From NCBI GenBank assembly GCA_041821225.1, contig JBGUET010000001.1, positions 1-33,991 on the forward strand: a DNA stretch of 33,991 nt. Reading direction: 5' to 3'. A program made the position numbers and the translations under genes. The notes under the pieces are model-generated. The model made no database searches, was not told the origin of the DNA, and worked only from the letters and a program-made list of their open reading frames with translations. The DNA comes from Sedimentibacter sp. GTDB taxonomy: Bacteria > Bacillota > Clostridia > Tissierellales > Sedimentibacteraceae. This document shows, piece after piece, positions 20,101 through 28,786 of the stretch (its first letter is position 1; every line of letters begins with the position of its first letter).

Positions 20101-21257
20101 GTATACGCCCATACGATGGAAAGGACATGCTGGATTTTCAAACATTTTATTATGATGATCTGGATATTTCTGATCCATTGATTGAAGAAACCTGTAGTGA
20201 TTTGCAAAGTCATATTGATTTAGAACATGGTCCGGTAATTAGGTGTGGATATTTCATCTTGTCTTCTGGATATTATTTGATGATTTGTATTCATCATTTA
20301 GCGGTTGACGGAGTCTCTTGGCAGATACTTTTAAATGATCTGGATTTATGCCTAAGACAGATTAAAGATAGAAAGATAGTGAAACTTCCAGCAAAAACAG
20401 CATCATTTAAAGATTGGGCACTGCATTTAAAGGCTTACAGGGAAAGTAGAGAATGCACAATACAGAAGCCTTACTGGGAAGATGTTGCATTAAGGATAGC
20501 CAAGGGGAATATAGAAGCTGAAAAAGACTGTATTGGCAGTGGGTATGAGGATATTGATATTGGATTTACAGTAGATGAAACGAAATGTCTGACTCACAAG
20601 GTGAATTATGCATATCATACCGAAATTAATGATATTTTTATGGCTTCCTTAAGTATGGCAGTATATAAATGGACAAGTCAGACTGAGTTTTCTGTGTATT
20701 TAGAATCACATGGAAGATATGACCTTGATAAGAAAATTGATGTTGATAGAACAGTTGGATGGTTTACAAACTGTTATCCGGTTGTGTTCGATTATTATTC
20801 GGATATAAGCAGTTTGATCATTCAGACGAAAGAAAAATTTCGAGAAATACCAGATCACGGAATGGCGTTTGGAGTATTAAAAGACAATTTGAAAGAAAAT
20901 CAAGTTCCTATTATTTCATTTAACTATTTAGGACAAATTGATTCAAGAGATAGTTTTGATTGTGATTTGATGAAATATACAGGAAAAAATATTGCAGATG
21001 AAAACAAATTCATGACAGATATTGCATTCAATGGAAAAATATTAAAGAATGAATTGCATATTACTTGTAATTTCAACGCTAAAAAATATTCATATACAAA
21101 TATGAAAAAGTTTTCTAGATTGTTTCATTGTAGTTTAATTGAAATAATGGATTACTGTTGTAACATAAAAGCATCTGTTAAAACAAAATCTGATATTACA
21201 GTATCCAGTGATATTGACATTGAAGAATTTGATGAGATTATGAATATGTTTAATTAG
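11046..21257 (+). CDS. Hybrid PKS/NRPS: KS-AT(inactive)-ACP-C-A(Leu?)-T-C-A(Phe)-T-E
   Basis: KS NTACSS (Cys 11664), HGTGT, NIGHLE; AT remnant GLDEG (12957); ACP GFDS (13518); C HHTVADG (14208); A1 code DAWLTGAVLK; T GGHS (16716); C HHIIGDG (17253); A2 code DAWTIAAVCK; T GGDSI (19764, pre-E type); E HHLAVDGVS (20292), ESHGR, RTVGWFT, FNYLGQ. ATG 11046 preferred over GTG 11037 because GAGGTG (11034-11039) then serves as RBS. Confidence 0.95.
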   Translation: MIGENEKYKETMKKAIDKINLLNQKIVELSKKEEVAIIGYNCRFPGGANNAEKFWELLAHGYDAVIEIPEKRFPYEEYYNSERGKKGKTYTKYASFLKNDIKQFDYAHFEMNEMEAASLDPQHRLLFEVIWEALENSGLNIEKIKGSKTGVFIGMDSSEYAMAEIVSDSPDKITPYSLIGNSVHASAGRVAYYYDFKGPAVVYNTACSSALVALDAAVQSLQNKQCDMAIVGGVNLLLTPNGFIGLSQINALAQDGRCKTFDKAADGYGRGEGCGVVILKRLGDSKAEHNHVEAIVKSISIQQDGKSNGFFAPNGISDYQVIKNALETSGLTPDDIDYVETHGTGTVLGDSIEGQALGKVFSKKKKPLLIGSVKSNIGHLEAASGMASLIKVLLSMKNGKIPASIHFDNPNPNFDYSKVKVVDKLMEWNKENGGRAAGISSFGISGTLVHVVVQEIFEEEKTVQNKELRNKIVTLSATTEKMLKDSILDLRTFLCESKYSLDDIIYSSNMTRSSMSYRFAVSVSSQKELENILNSMKNDEDVRKKYCGYMKNPRRKIVCILSGSCDLKEKGISQFIDTYTVFSEMYHKCENRFQELLGSSITAQIGNEEISLPLLFSVQCAMTELWKSMGVCARRFIGLDEGTYAASYLNGKESFEDITAKVAAQTGKAIFKTELEEVSDAEVVFIIGYDETIKKMQNKWNIISCITSFGGGQNEMDDFCHGIQKLYCNGFDIDWDAFHNSVQRPIITLPNYPFQRKKCWRDIVCFPGTSTQKASEENKSVEKQQIQDCCNNVLDILKGLVSEISGITLEDIEVDKKLFAYGFDSFSFISLANAIIDRYGVNIPIEDFFAAYDTTAKIAACVEQEAKPQEMSAEPCDTMIFDTNEVPTVNKILYALNHQSEQIHQILNILKNDKAESKSSMILCADDKMLFPMSTIQQRLYSQLEMVDEDPFDLVGTYYVNSELDIARFEKYVNEIIRRHKILSTSMFLKNGEFLQKENIVDEIKIKTLCQNVDTSLDDFISDSLCKFKLDEPPLVEVLLIDTVDNRKLFVFHFHHTVADGYSMNLFAKELMYFYSEEVLPVLEKQYFDFAVWEKNYGNTESYKKEEKFWLEHMDNTVCMLPLPYDYPKTQNIDYSGEVVIKTFTNETIFKLRKICSKYNVTLFMAFYSIVNILLNKMTQENDFAVVVPVSCRDKGGFNNNIGMFTNTLAFHVGIDPSGYYEELLKQVKDYCLHAYSNVNYPFHELAQKLGLSAQNELNVVFVYENINSRVCHFGPLELEQYTYTPKKEEFELTFELFEHDDVVDAYLRYQTALFKRETIELIGERLERIIDQICDNQEIRLCEIDMITDRERKLILGKFNDTALLYSQNKTIVDLFEEQAKKSSEHIAVTFGNTDITYGELNKKANCIAQKLRKLGVKSNDFVAVLAVRSIEMIAGIYGIMKAGGAYVPIDPSYPKDRIQYMLKDCNPKVIVVFQVEVETDVDVIDMADQTIWKEVWENPMHVNTMEDTAYCIYTSGTTGRPKGVMICHRGVVAMNAYLRKLYMVSEDDRVLQFANFVFDASVWEMTMALLNGACLVLISSGAIADINEFNKYVKQKGITITLLPPQYYLQTDISGLKVLTTGGSASNADIIRKSMNNQRYINAYGPTENTVLATHWEYTKDQAGAIPIGKPISNTQIYMMNGDKLCGIGIPGELCIAGAGVAKGYLNQEQLTQKKFTENPFGEGRLYHSGDFARWMSDGNIEYLRRVDEQVKIRGFRIELGEIESVIRNLNEVKECTVIAKQDSFEDSVLVAYIVSDQVLDTAKIKAQISQTLPQYMVPMHIMKIDYMPVNRSGKIDWKSLPEISVTNTQNYVAPGNEIEEMLCKVFVQVLGVEKAGIRDNFFELGGHSLRATRLVNLIAEKTGCQIPQKEIFLYPTVEKLAEKILQVKEQTYEPIPKAKEKEFYHMSSAQKRIYIMCEMDKNGIVYNMPQSLRLSGDVHPEKIKYALQEMIKRYEILRTTFLLVDGEAVQRISQSAQADFEYEENVIDTEEELMTKFVRTFDFSCASMIRIKLVKRDDDYLMMLDMHHIIGDGMSIINFIGEFSDLYNGETIPMPVLQYKDYSEWMEAQNLSDQREYWLQEFVDEIPVLDMPYDYVRPKEQSYNGAIVEVDTGSELREKIRQAAKETGTTEYMLLLSSLMVLLSKYSRQEDIVIGSPISGRIHRDTEKMLGMFANTLAMRGRPVKHKKFLNFLNEIKETCLKAYENQGYPFEELVDAVEVKRDMSRNPLFDVMLVLQNNGTVQMPLKEVEISVAGQNINIARFDLVFNVKEENGSFHIALEYCTDLFKNQTAKLILQHYEAVLEQVTNHLNMVISNIVVITDKEQRMILGEFNNTKLDYNREQTIVDLFEEQVRIFPEHVAVVCENSQLTYKELNKQVNQLAYALRELGVGPDDCVAILAEKSMEMIIGIYGILKAGGAYIPVDPKYPEERIRYIIEDSKAKVVIVYHSEVEVTIPVIDLEDKNNCTNCTENPGHVNIPSDLAYVIYTSGTTGIPKGVMVEHHGVVNLKYYYLNEYGIHSDDNVLQFANYSFDASVWEITMALLNGGKLVIIPKSLAENAREMEKYCQKNNVTVATLPPNYYILTEHLQPRILITAGSESGKLIVEKARDSLYINAYGPTENTVCATHWTYDGNEAIPDNIPIGKPITNVNVYILAEDKLCGIGVPGELCIAGDGVARGYLNQPELTNERFVDNAFGDGKLYRTGDLALWAPDGNIIYMGRMDEQVKIRGYRVELGEIESVLRKLPFVKECAVIVRKDTGGDKAINAYFVSDETKEVGEVREILGGILPGYMIPTYIRQIANIPVTKSGKIDNKALPEIETVSSREYVKPRNEMEKILCNVFEEVLGIEKVGLKDNFFELGGDSIKAIRIVTKTREYGYKISTKDIMSSYVVENILPYVTKSEENSYEQGDVTGKIIQTPMIRDFFQWNLSIPAYFNQSIMLRFEENCELELHLALKYLVKYHDMLRVVCSGEQLSIRPYDGKDMLDFQTFYYDDLDISDPLIEETCSDLQSHIDLEHGPVIRCGYFILSSGYYLMICIHHLAVDGVSWQILLNDLDLCLRQIKDRKIVKLPAKTASFKDWALHLKAYRESRECTIQKPYWEDVALRIAKGNIEAEKDCIGSGYEDIDIGFTVDETKCLTHKVNYAYHTEINDIFMASLSMAVYKWTSQTEFSVYLESHGRYDLDKKIDVDRTVGWFTNCYPVVFDYYSDISSLIIQTKEKFREIPDHGMAFGVLKDNLKENQVPIISFNYLGQIDSRDSFDCDLMKYTGKNIADENKFMTDIAFNGKILKNELHITCNFNAKKYSYTNMKKFSRLFHCSLIEIMDYCCNIKASVKTKSDITVSSDIDIEEFDEIMNMFN

Positions 21258-21340
21258 TGATGATATGAGGGACTATCAGGAAAGGAGATGGGATGAAATG
21301 GATAATAATATTGAGAAAATATACTCACTGACACCTTTAC
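21180..21340 (+). other. NRPS COM donor/acceptor pair
   Basis: E-domain tail TKSD...DIEEFDEIMNMFN (TPSD-like) followed by MDNNIEKIYSLTP at the start of the next NRPS. Confidence 0.65.
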
Positions 21341-24300
21341 AGCAAGGTATGATTTATCATAAATTGCTAGATGAAGGGAGTAGCAGTTACCATGTACAGA
21401 ATACATTCTGGCTTAAGGAGAAAATAAGGGAAGAGAATGTTGAAAAGAGCCTTTTCCTGATTTGCCAAAAGTATGAGGTTCTTCGGACGGCGTTTGTACT
21501 GCCAAATTCAACGGGAGTTCCACGCCAGTTAATTTTGGCAGACAGAAAAATAGAATTAAAATATGAGGCAATGTATGGAAGAAATGAAAAGAAAGAAACG
21601 GATTTCTTTATTCAGTCAGATTTGAATCGGGGATTTGATTTGCAGAAAGACAGCCTTATGCGCGTTCATTTTGTTACCTTCGGTGAAAAGAGAAACTGGT
21701 TTATGTTTAGTTTTCACCATATTATTATGGATGGCTGGTGCATTTCTCTAGTATTCGCAGATTTTATTAGATTTATTGATATGTTGAAGAAAGGTATGTC
21801 TCAAGATGAAATTCTTTCTATCATAAACCAGGAAAAAGAATCTGCTTCTAGTTATAGCGATTATATTACGTGGATGGAATCTAAAAACAAACTGGATGTT
21901 TTGGATTATTGGAAACACTTCTTATCGGATTATGGGAATATAGCATCAATTGAGTCGATGGAGAAGCCAAAGCAAACAGAATCACAGATGGCGAAATATG
22001 AAGGGAAGATTTCTAAGGAAACCTTCGATCACCTAAAACAAATTGCTTATGGTAATCAGATTACAGTAAATTATATTGCAGAAGCAGCATGGGGAATTTT
22101 GCTTCAAAAATTCAACTATATTGAGGATGTTGTTTTTGGTAAGGTTGTATCTGGAAGAGATGCACCTGTTAAAGGAATTGATAAAATCGTCGGGTTGTTT
22201 ATTAATACTGTTCCATGTAGGGTAAATACAAGCGAAGATTGTAAAGTAATAGAGCTTTGCAAAAAATTATTTGTACAGGGAATTGAGAGTAGTGAATATG
22301 AGTATTGCTCGCTGTCAGCAATTCAGGCAATGACCAGTCAGGGAACAAAGCTTATTCAGTCACTTGTTAATTTTGAAAACTATTATTTAACGGAAGCAAG
22401 AGACGGAATTGAGAAGGATTATGCAAGAGAAGAGACGAATTATCCGTTGACAGTAAACTTTTATGAGGATGAAGCCCAGCTGAATTTTAACATTATGTAT
22501 AATCCAAACGAGTATGCAGAAGTGGATATTGCGAATATAGCAGCTGTATTATGTAAAATATTTAGTTCTATAGCAGAGAATCCAGACTGTAAAGTATCAG
22601 AACTGACGTGTATTGACGATGTTGCCTATCAAAAAATAATAACTGAGTTTAATAATACAGACAATCCATTGGATTATTCTAAAAATATCATGGACTATTT
22701 TAGTGAACAGGTGAAGAAGAATCCGAACAAAATTGCAGTGGAATATAATGATGAAACTCTTACGTATACTGAATTGAATCTAAACGCAAAAGGAATAGCT
22801 TGGAAACTTCAGAAACTTGGTGTGAATAAAAATGATTGTGTAGGAATTGTAACAGAAAAGAGTGTAGAAGTGATTGCAGGAATTTATGGAATATTAATGA
22901 CAGGCGCTGCCTATGTACCTCTAAGTTTAGATAACCCGGAAGAGAGAATGAATCAGATTATTTCGGACTGTAATCCAAAAGCTGTTGTAATGGGAAAAGA
23001 AAAGATTGATGTGAATGTACCAGTTATCGATACGTTAGAAAAACTGAGGGCAGGAAAAGACTGGAGGGAAGTGAAGACCTCAGCAGATGATATTGCTTAT
23101 ATTATGTATACATCTGGAACAACTGGACGCCCGAAAGGTGCAATGATACAACAGATAAATATTATAAATCTAGTTAAAAATTGCAATTACACTAAGATAA
23201 ATGAAGATTCTGTCATTTTACAGGCAGGTGATATTGCATTTGATGCATCTACTTTTGAAATTCATGGTGCATTATTGAATGGTGGTACAGTCTGTCTTGC
23301 TGATAAATCTGTATTGATGGATGAAAAAAAAATGAAGATGATTATTCACGATAAAAAAATAAATACAATGTTTCTTACGGCATCATTATTCAATCAGATT
23401 TTAAGTATAGACGAATCGGTTTTTGATGAGATGAAATATATGCTTGTAGGAGGGGAACAGTTAAATGATAAATATGTAAGAATGTATCAGGAACGAAATC
23501 TGCCAGTTGTTTTTACAAATGGCTATGGCCCGACAGAAACTACAACGTTTGCCGTATGCTGCATTATGGATATCATGCGTGAAAAAACTCCAATTGGGAA
23601 ACCACTGCAGAACGTGAAAGCATACGTATTTAATAGAAATCAGATGTGTGGCATCGGTATGCCAGGTGAATTATGCATTGCTGGAAAAGGCGTGGGAAAA
23701 GGGTATTTGAACCATTCTGAATTAACTGTAGCCAGGTTTGTTGAAAATCCGGTTGCACCAGGGAATATGTATCGTACAGGAGACCTAGTACGCTGGATGC
23801 CGGATGGAAATATTGATTATATGGGACGTTTGGATGACCAGGAGAAAGTACATGGTTATAGAATCGAACTTGGGGAAATAAAAACAGCTTGTAAAAGCTT
23901 TGAACAGGTTAAAGAAGCAGTAGCAGTTGTAAAAACTTCGGAAGATGGAAATAAACGAATATATGCATATATCACATCAGATGAAAAAGTTGATTTGCAT
24001 CAGATGAAAGAGAATCTTACTAAGAAGATTCCAGTATATATGGTGCCATATGCTATCATCCAGGTGGAAAAATTTGCTTTAAACAAAAATGGCAAGATAG
24101 ATAAGAAAACACTTCCAGAGTTTGTTTTAGAAGAGTCTATCCATTATGTGGCACCTACAGATAAAGTTGAAATAGAAATGTGTAATATTGTTGCAGAAGT
24201 TCTTAAAATTGAAAGAATTGGAGTTAAAGATCATTTTGTAGAAAATGGATGCGACTCTATTAAGGCGATGAAATTAAGGGCAAGACTAAATTCTTTCGGA

Positions 24301-25719
24301 TATAAAATGTCAATCAGTGATATTTACATGTATGACACAGTTGAGGAGCTTGCTAGATTCGTGGAAGCGAAAAAAGAAATATTCTTAGGTAGTTCTTTAA
24401 AAGGACATCCTGTATTTAACGATTTTTATGAGGTAAAAGAGTATCTTTCAGCCAGACTAGAAGAATATGAAAATATGTTTCTGGGGCTAAAAATCGAAGA
24501 AAAACTTGCTTTGACAGCGGGCCAGTCCAGAATGGTTGGAAATATGACAATCATGAGTGGTTCTATTATCAAATTTGAGGAAGACATTAATATGGATGCT
24601 TTGAACAAGAGTATTATGGAAGTAATAAATTCTCAAATTTTACTGAGAAGCACTCTGGAAAAGAAGACGTTTTATATCTGTGAACAATTGTCGGCATTGG
24701 AAATTCCGTTTTTGAATCTTATGGACTGTTCTAATGATACTAAAGATGAAGTCAGGGATTACCTGACAAGTAAGTTTTATGGACTACAGGACAAAAAAAA
24801 GGGTGGGAAAACACTGCTCCACAAAATTGTTGCTGTAAAATACAGTGAAAAGAATTTTTGGGTTTATTTTCCGATTAATCATGTTATTTTTGATGCTATG
24901 AGTGGTGAAATTTTATGCAGCGAGATAAAGCGTCGTTATTATGGAATAGAAGGAACCAAAGACAATATTACAAGCTTTACAGATTATGCAAAACAAATTA
25001 GAAAAGGTCCCAATGGAGTTACGACTAGTGATATTGTACAAACATTAAAAATTAAGGAATTTTCGGAAGCAAGTGCAAGACTTGGAGAAGCAGACCAGAA
25101 GGAGATGTCAAATTATATTATCAGTCTTGATATTGGTGCTAATTCAGAAGAGTTTGATAAAAAAGATTTATGGAATATATCTTATAAATTGTTTTTAAAA
25201 TTGCTTGCATATAATTTTGATATTCACGATTATCCATTTATGATTTTGTGTGTTAACAGGCAGTATGAGAATAATATTTATAACAATACCATTGGAGAAT
25301 TTGTAGATGTATTGCCAATTACGGATACTCTTGAAGGAAAAATGAACTATGAACTAGTTCAAGAAAGAATCCGCTGGATGAGTGATAATAATGTAAACTT
25401 GTCTACGTTATTGCTTGATAAAGGAATTCTGGTATCCTATATTGGGGTATTAAAGGCATTTTTAAAGGCAGGTCCACATATGGAGAAAATACCGTACTTT
25501 AATTATCTTGCTATGTATAATGAAGTAGTGGAACAGAATGCAGAAATCCAAATTGAAAAACTATTGGAAGAGATTCATGGAATTACAAGGACGGTTGATA
25601 TTAAAATCGGTACGAATACAATGGATATGGTAGTGTTTGGACCTGTTGGCGAGGAAGACAGACTCATTAATGTATTACAGAATTATCTCTATGATTTGAT
25701 TAAACAATATAAGAAATAA
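21298..25719 (+). CDS. NRPS: C(DCL)-A(Val/Ile)-T-terminal C-like domain
   Basis: IYSLTPLQQGMIYH and HHIIMDGW (21715) are typical of D-donor C domains; YTSGTTGRPKG; A3 code DAFFLGGTFK; T GCDS (24256); terminal C-like domain with NHVIFDA (24877) and IGEFVDVLP. ATG 21298 follows AAAGGAG (21281-21287); the ORF track starts at 21265. Confidence 0.93.
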   Translation: MDNNIEKIYSLTPLQQGMIYHKLLDEGSSSYHVQNTFWLKEKIREENVEKSLFLICQKYEVLRTAFVLPNSTGVPRQLILADRKIELKYEAMYGRNEKKETDFFIQSDLNRGFDLQKDSLMRVHFVTFGEKRNWFMFSFHHIIMDGWCISLVFADFIRFIDMLKKGMSQDEILSIINQEKESASSYSDYITWMESKNKLDVLDYWKHFLSDYGNIASIESMEKPKQTESQMAKYEGKISKETFDHLKQIAYGNQITVNYIAEAAWGILLQKFNYIEDVVFGKVVSGRDAPVKGIDKIVGLFINTVPCRVNTSEDCKVIELCKKLFVQGIESSEYEYCSLSAIQAMTSQGTKLIQSLVNFENYYLTEARDGIEKDYAREETNYPLTVNFYEDEAQLNFNIMYNPNEYAEVDIANIAAVLCKIFSSIAENPDCKVSELTCIDDVAYQKIITEFNNTDNPLDYSKNIMDYFSEQVKKNPNKIAVEYNDETLTYTELNLNAKGIAWKLQKLGVNKNDCVGIVTEKSVEVIAGIYGILMTGAAYVPLSLDNPEERMNQIISDCNPKAVVMGKEKIDVNVPVIDTLEKLRAGKDWREVKTSADDIAYIMYTSGTTGRPKGAMIQQINIINLVKNCNYTKINEDSVILQAGDIAFDASTFEIHGALLNGGTVCLADKSVLMDEKKMKMIIHDKKINTMFLTASLFNQILSIDESVFDEMKYMLVGGEQLNDKYVRMYQERNLPVVFTNGYGPTETTTFAVCCIMDIMREKTPIGKPLQNVKAYVFNRNQMCGIGMPGELCIAGKGVGKGYLNHSELTVARFVENPVAPGNMYRTGDLVRWMPDGNIDYMGRLDDQEKVHGYRIELGEIKTACKSFEQVKEAVAVVKTSEDGNKRIYAYITSDEKVDLHQMKENLTKKIPVYMVPYAIIQVEKFALNKNGKIDKKTLPEFVLEESIHYVAPTDKVEIEMCNIVAEVLKIERIGVKDHFVENGCDSIKAMKLRARLNSFGYKMSISDIYMYDTVEELARFVEAKKEIFLGSSLKGHPVFNDFYEVKEYLSARLEEYENMFLGLKIEEKLALTAGQSRMVGNMTIMSGSIIKFEEDINMDALNKSIMEVINSQILLRSTLEKKTFYICEQLSALEIPFLNLMDCSNDTKDEVRDYLTSKFYGLQDKKKGGKTLLHKIVAVKYSEKNFWVYFPINHVIFDAMSGEILCSEIKRRYYGIEGTKDNITSFTDYAKQIRKGPNGVTTSDIVQTLKIKEFSEASARLGEADQKEMSNYIISLDIGANSEEFDKKDLWNISYKLFLKLLAYNFDIHDYPFMILCVNRQYENNIYNNTIGEFVDVLPITDTLEGKMNYELVQERIRWMSDNNVNLSTLLLDKGILVSYIGVLKAFLKAGPHMEKIPYFNYLAMYNEVVEQNAEIQIEKLLEEIHGITRTVDIKIGTNTMDMVVFGPVGEEDRLINVLQNYLYDLIKQYKK

Positions 25720-25736
25720 AAGAAAGGAAAGAAGGG

Positions 25737-26501
25737 ATGAAAAGAATGAATGCCGATGTTTCTAATATAAAAACTAAGATTTTTTTGTTACCTTATGCAG
25801 GTTCGTCTGTGTATAATTATATTGAATGGAAGAAAAATTTCCCAAATTATATGGAAGTTTGTTTTTTAGAACTGGCTGGACGTGGTAGCAGAATGGGAGA
25901 ACCATTTTATGAAACAGTGGAAGAAGCAGTAGATGACATTTATCGGATGATGATCCCAAAAGTGCAAGGATGTAAATATTATATATATGGACATAGTATG
26001 GGTTCTCTGATTGCTTTTGAACTGTATTATAAGCTTTTAAGTATGGGGGATGAGCTGCCAAGTCAGTTATTCTTGTCTGGGAGAAATCCACCGGATTTGT
26101 GTATGGATATCAAAAAAGTATCACATCTGGATGATGTACTTTTTTTGAATGAAGTTTCAAAATATGGTGGCGTGCCCGCTCAATTGTATGAAAATGATGA
26201 TGCAAGAAAAATATTTGTACCAATCTTAAAGGCTGATTTTCGATTGTTAGAAGAATATAAATATAAAGAATATTCCGAACCTATTAACTGTGATATTACA
26301 GTTTTCTATGGTAAGAATGACTTTAGTACATCAAGAGAAAAAATGGAAAAATGGAAAAAACATGCTGCAAAAGATTTGACCATTGTGCAGTTTGCCGGAG
26401 GACATTTTTTTTGTACAAACTTAAAGGAAAGAAGTGAAATAATTAAGCGTATCATAAGTATTAATAACATAACAGGAAAAATAGTGGGAGGAATAATGTA
26501 A
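25737..26501 (+). CDS. Type II (editing) thioesterase, GrsT-like
   Basis: Standalone 254 aa; LPYAGSS, ELAGRG, GHSMG nucleophile elbow, LKADF, GGHFF. Confidence 0.93.
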   Translation: MKRMNADVSNIKTKIFLLPYAGSSVYNYIEWKKNFPNYMEVCFLELAGRGSRMGEPFYETVEEAVDDIYRMMIPKVQGCKYYIYGHSMGSLIAFELYYKLLSMGDELPSQLFLSGRNPPDLCMDIKKVSHLDDVLFLNEVSKYGGVPAQLYENDDARKIFVPILKADFRLLEEYKYKEYSEPINCDITVFYGKNDFSTSREKMEKWKKHAAKDLTIVQFAGGHFFCTNLKERSEIIKRIISINNITGKIVGGIM

Positions 26502-28784
26502 ATGTGGAAGAAAAAGATTAAAAAGAAAAAAACACAATATGCATTAATTGGAATTGTAATATTTGTTACAATATGCATATTTTCATTTTGTTTTGCTTTT
26601 ACAGCGGAGTTTTCTACTTTTTCGCAAAATGTGTTAACAGAAAATAACAGTTCAGATGTGTATATGTTGGGGGTCGGAACTTCAAAACTCATGGACAACA
26701 TATCTAGTCAGGCGGTTAAGGATAATATTGAAAGTTATCATTCCTATAAAGGATCCACTGTATCGGTTCCAATTTTGTATAACAAAAAGGATGTTTCCAT
26801 GATGCATCAGGTTATGCTTTACATCGACAATATTGATAATACACCTGAATTTTATAAACGTGAAACAGTGGACAATGAAAAGGCTCCGAAAAAAGGAGAA
26901 GTCTGGATACCGGAAGTTCTAGCATCTCCTTCTGGAATCAAACTTGGGGATAAGATTACACTGAATTATGATCACCCTATGGAACTGAAGGTTTCTGGAA
27001 TTTATACAGCAAGCTTTCTGATTACATCGAGCTTTACCTTTTCTCCAGTAATTGTATCATATGAAGATTTAGCTTTAGCTGACAATGAAAAAGAAGCAAC
27101 TATTTTTGCAATTAATTTAAATAATAGTGATGAGGAACACATTACGGAAATGAGAGATGCTTTTAAATATTATGTATTTACAGCTTCGCGTACACAATTA
27201 CTTGAGAATTTTATGAGTGTTGCCAGTTCAGTAGGAAGCTTTGGAGTAATTGCTGCTTTTATCGTATTTTTAGTCGCTTTGGCAATGATACGGTATATTG
27301 TAAAAATAACTATTTTATATGAATTTAAATCAATTGGTGTTTACAAAAGCCTTGGTTACACTTCTAAACAGATTTGCAGTTTTTATATAAAGGGTTATAT
27401 GGTTGTTGGAATTATTGCGGCGGTGATTGGTGCTTTCCTTCCATTGCCAATAGTAAATAAACTAGGAATTAACTGTTCCCAATATGCAGAGGGATTTAAG
27501 ATTACACAAGTATCCTATTTTATGAGCGTATTTTCAATAATTCTGTTTATACTGCTGTTATATATAACATTAAGGGGTGCACTCAAGCAGGTTCGAAAAA
27601 AATCAGCCGTAGAAATTATGAATATGGGACAGTCCTTAAATGCAGGTAAAAAAATTTCACACTCATTGATTAAAAGTGCAAGAACACCATTCCAGATGGC
27701 TGTTAACGATATTTTTAAGCATAAACTTAATACTTTGCTGATTCTGGTAGTATTTATATTATCTACGTATTTGTCCTTATTATTTTCAATGATTGCATAT
27801 TCATCTTACAAAATGAACGATAATGGAAATTTGTGGTTTGCTATTCCTAAAAACAACACTTATGCGATGGGAAGTATTAATGATGAATTTGTCAACTGGC
27901 TGAAAGATAATGATAAAGTGCAATCATTTGTTTATGGCAGTCTTCTGTATTCTACAAAAGTAACATCTGATGACAGTGATAACAGTTTAAGTAGTGTTAC
28001 ATTTAATATATATAACGATGCTTCTTCAGAGCTTACTGGAATTAATATTAAGGGGGATGCTCCGAAAAACACAAATGAAATTGTGGTAACTAATAAAGCA
28101 CTTGCTTTATTGGAACATAAAGTTGGGGATACCGTAAATCTTGAAATTAATGGGGTAAAAAGGAGCTATAAAATCTCCGGTACGTATGATTCATTACTAG
28201 GTAATGTTGGTATTATGATGACTACAGAGGCTATGAAGAAATGTAATAAAGAGTATACTCCATCTTCTGCATTTATTACACTTAAGAATACAAAAGGTTA
28301 TGATAGTTTCAAAGTTGAAGTAGAAAATAAGTTTAGAAGCATAACAGTTGATTCAGACTGGTTTGCAATTGATAATGCGATGGTTTCTACAAGAAATATG
28401 CTACTTGCTATATCTGGCATGCTGATAGTAGTATTTATAATTTTTGCTATGTTAAATATAAGTATTGTTTTAATGATGGAAAGTGCTAACAAACATAGAC
28501 AATACGGTATTTTGAAAGCATTAGGTTTTACTACAGGGTACATTATCAGACAGAATATATGGAAGAATATGTTATGTGTTGGAATTAGTGTTTTGATTGC
28601 TTTTATTATACATTTTACTATGTCTAAAGGTTTCTTAGCAAAACAGGTTATTGATGCCTTTACGTATTCTGGATTGGTAATAGCATTATTAGTGTTATTA
28701 ATATTATGTGTAGCATTGCTATTAACATATCTTATAAGTTTAGGCATTAGAAAAATTATGCCAATTGAATTAATGGAGGAATAG
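26502..28784 (+). CDS. ABC transporter permease, FtsX/MacB-like (export or self-protection)
   Basis: Many TM stretches in two repeated halves with IGVYKSLGYT and YGILKALGFT motifs; ATG abuts the TE stop; GGGAGGA RBS. Confidence 0.9.
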   Translation: MWKKKIKKKKTQYALIGIVIFVTICIFSFCFAFTAEFSTFSQNVLTENNSSDVYMLGVGTSKLMDNISSQAVKDNIESYHSYKGSTVSVPILYNKKDVSMMHQVMLYIDNIDNTPEFYKRETVDNEKAPKKGEVWIPEVLASPSGIKLGDKITLNYDHPMELKVSGIYTASFLITSSFTFSPVIVSYEDLALADNEKEATIFAINLNNSDEEHITEMRDAFKYYVFTASRTQLLENFMSVASSVGSFGVIAAFIVFLVALAMIRYIVKITILYEFKSIGVYKSLGYTSKQICSFYIKGYMVVGIIAAVIGAFLPLPIVNKLGINCSQYAEGFKITQVSYFMSVFSIILFILLLYITLRGALKQVRKKSAVEIMNMGQSLNAGKKISHSLIKSARTPFQMAVNDIFKHKLNTLLILVVFILSTYLSLLFSMIAYSSYKMNDNGNLWFAIPKNNTYAMGSINDEFVNWLKDNDKVQSFVYGSLLYSTKVTSDDSDNSLSSVTFNIYNDASSELTGINIKGDAPKNTNEIVVTNKALALLEHKVGDTVNLEINGVKRSYKISGTYDSLLGNVGIMMTTEAMKKCNKEYTPSSAFITLKNTKGYDSFKVEVENKFRSITVDSDWFAIDNAMVSTRNMLLAISGMLIVVFIIFAMLNISIVLMMESANKHRQYGILKALGFTTGYIIRQNIWKNMLCVGISVLIAFIIHFTMSKGFLAKQVIDAFTYSGLVIALLVLLILCVALLLTYLISLGIRKIMPIELMEE

Positions 28785-28786
28785 AG

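Noticed and set aside
23820-23880. A3 inactive because motif A8 reads DQEKVHG instead of DQVKIRG
   Set aside because: The other core motifs (YTSGTTG, YGPTE, TGD, NGKIDK) are intact, so inactivity is unsupported.
3641-25719. Identity with iturin/mycosubtilin, andrimid or colibactin clusters
   Set aside because: Only 3 NRPS modules; no aminotransferase, transglutaminase, aminomutase, cyclisation domains or prodrug peptidase.
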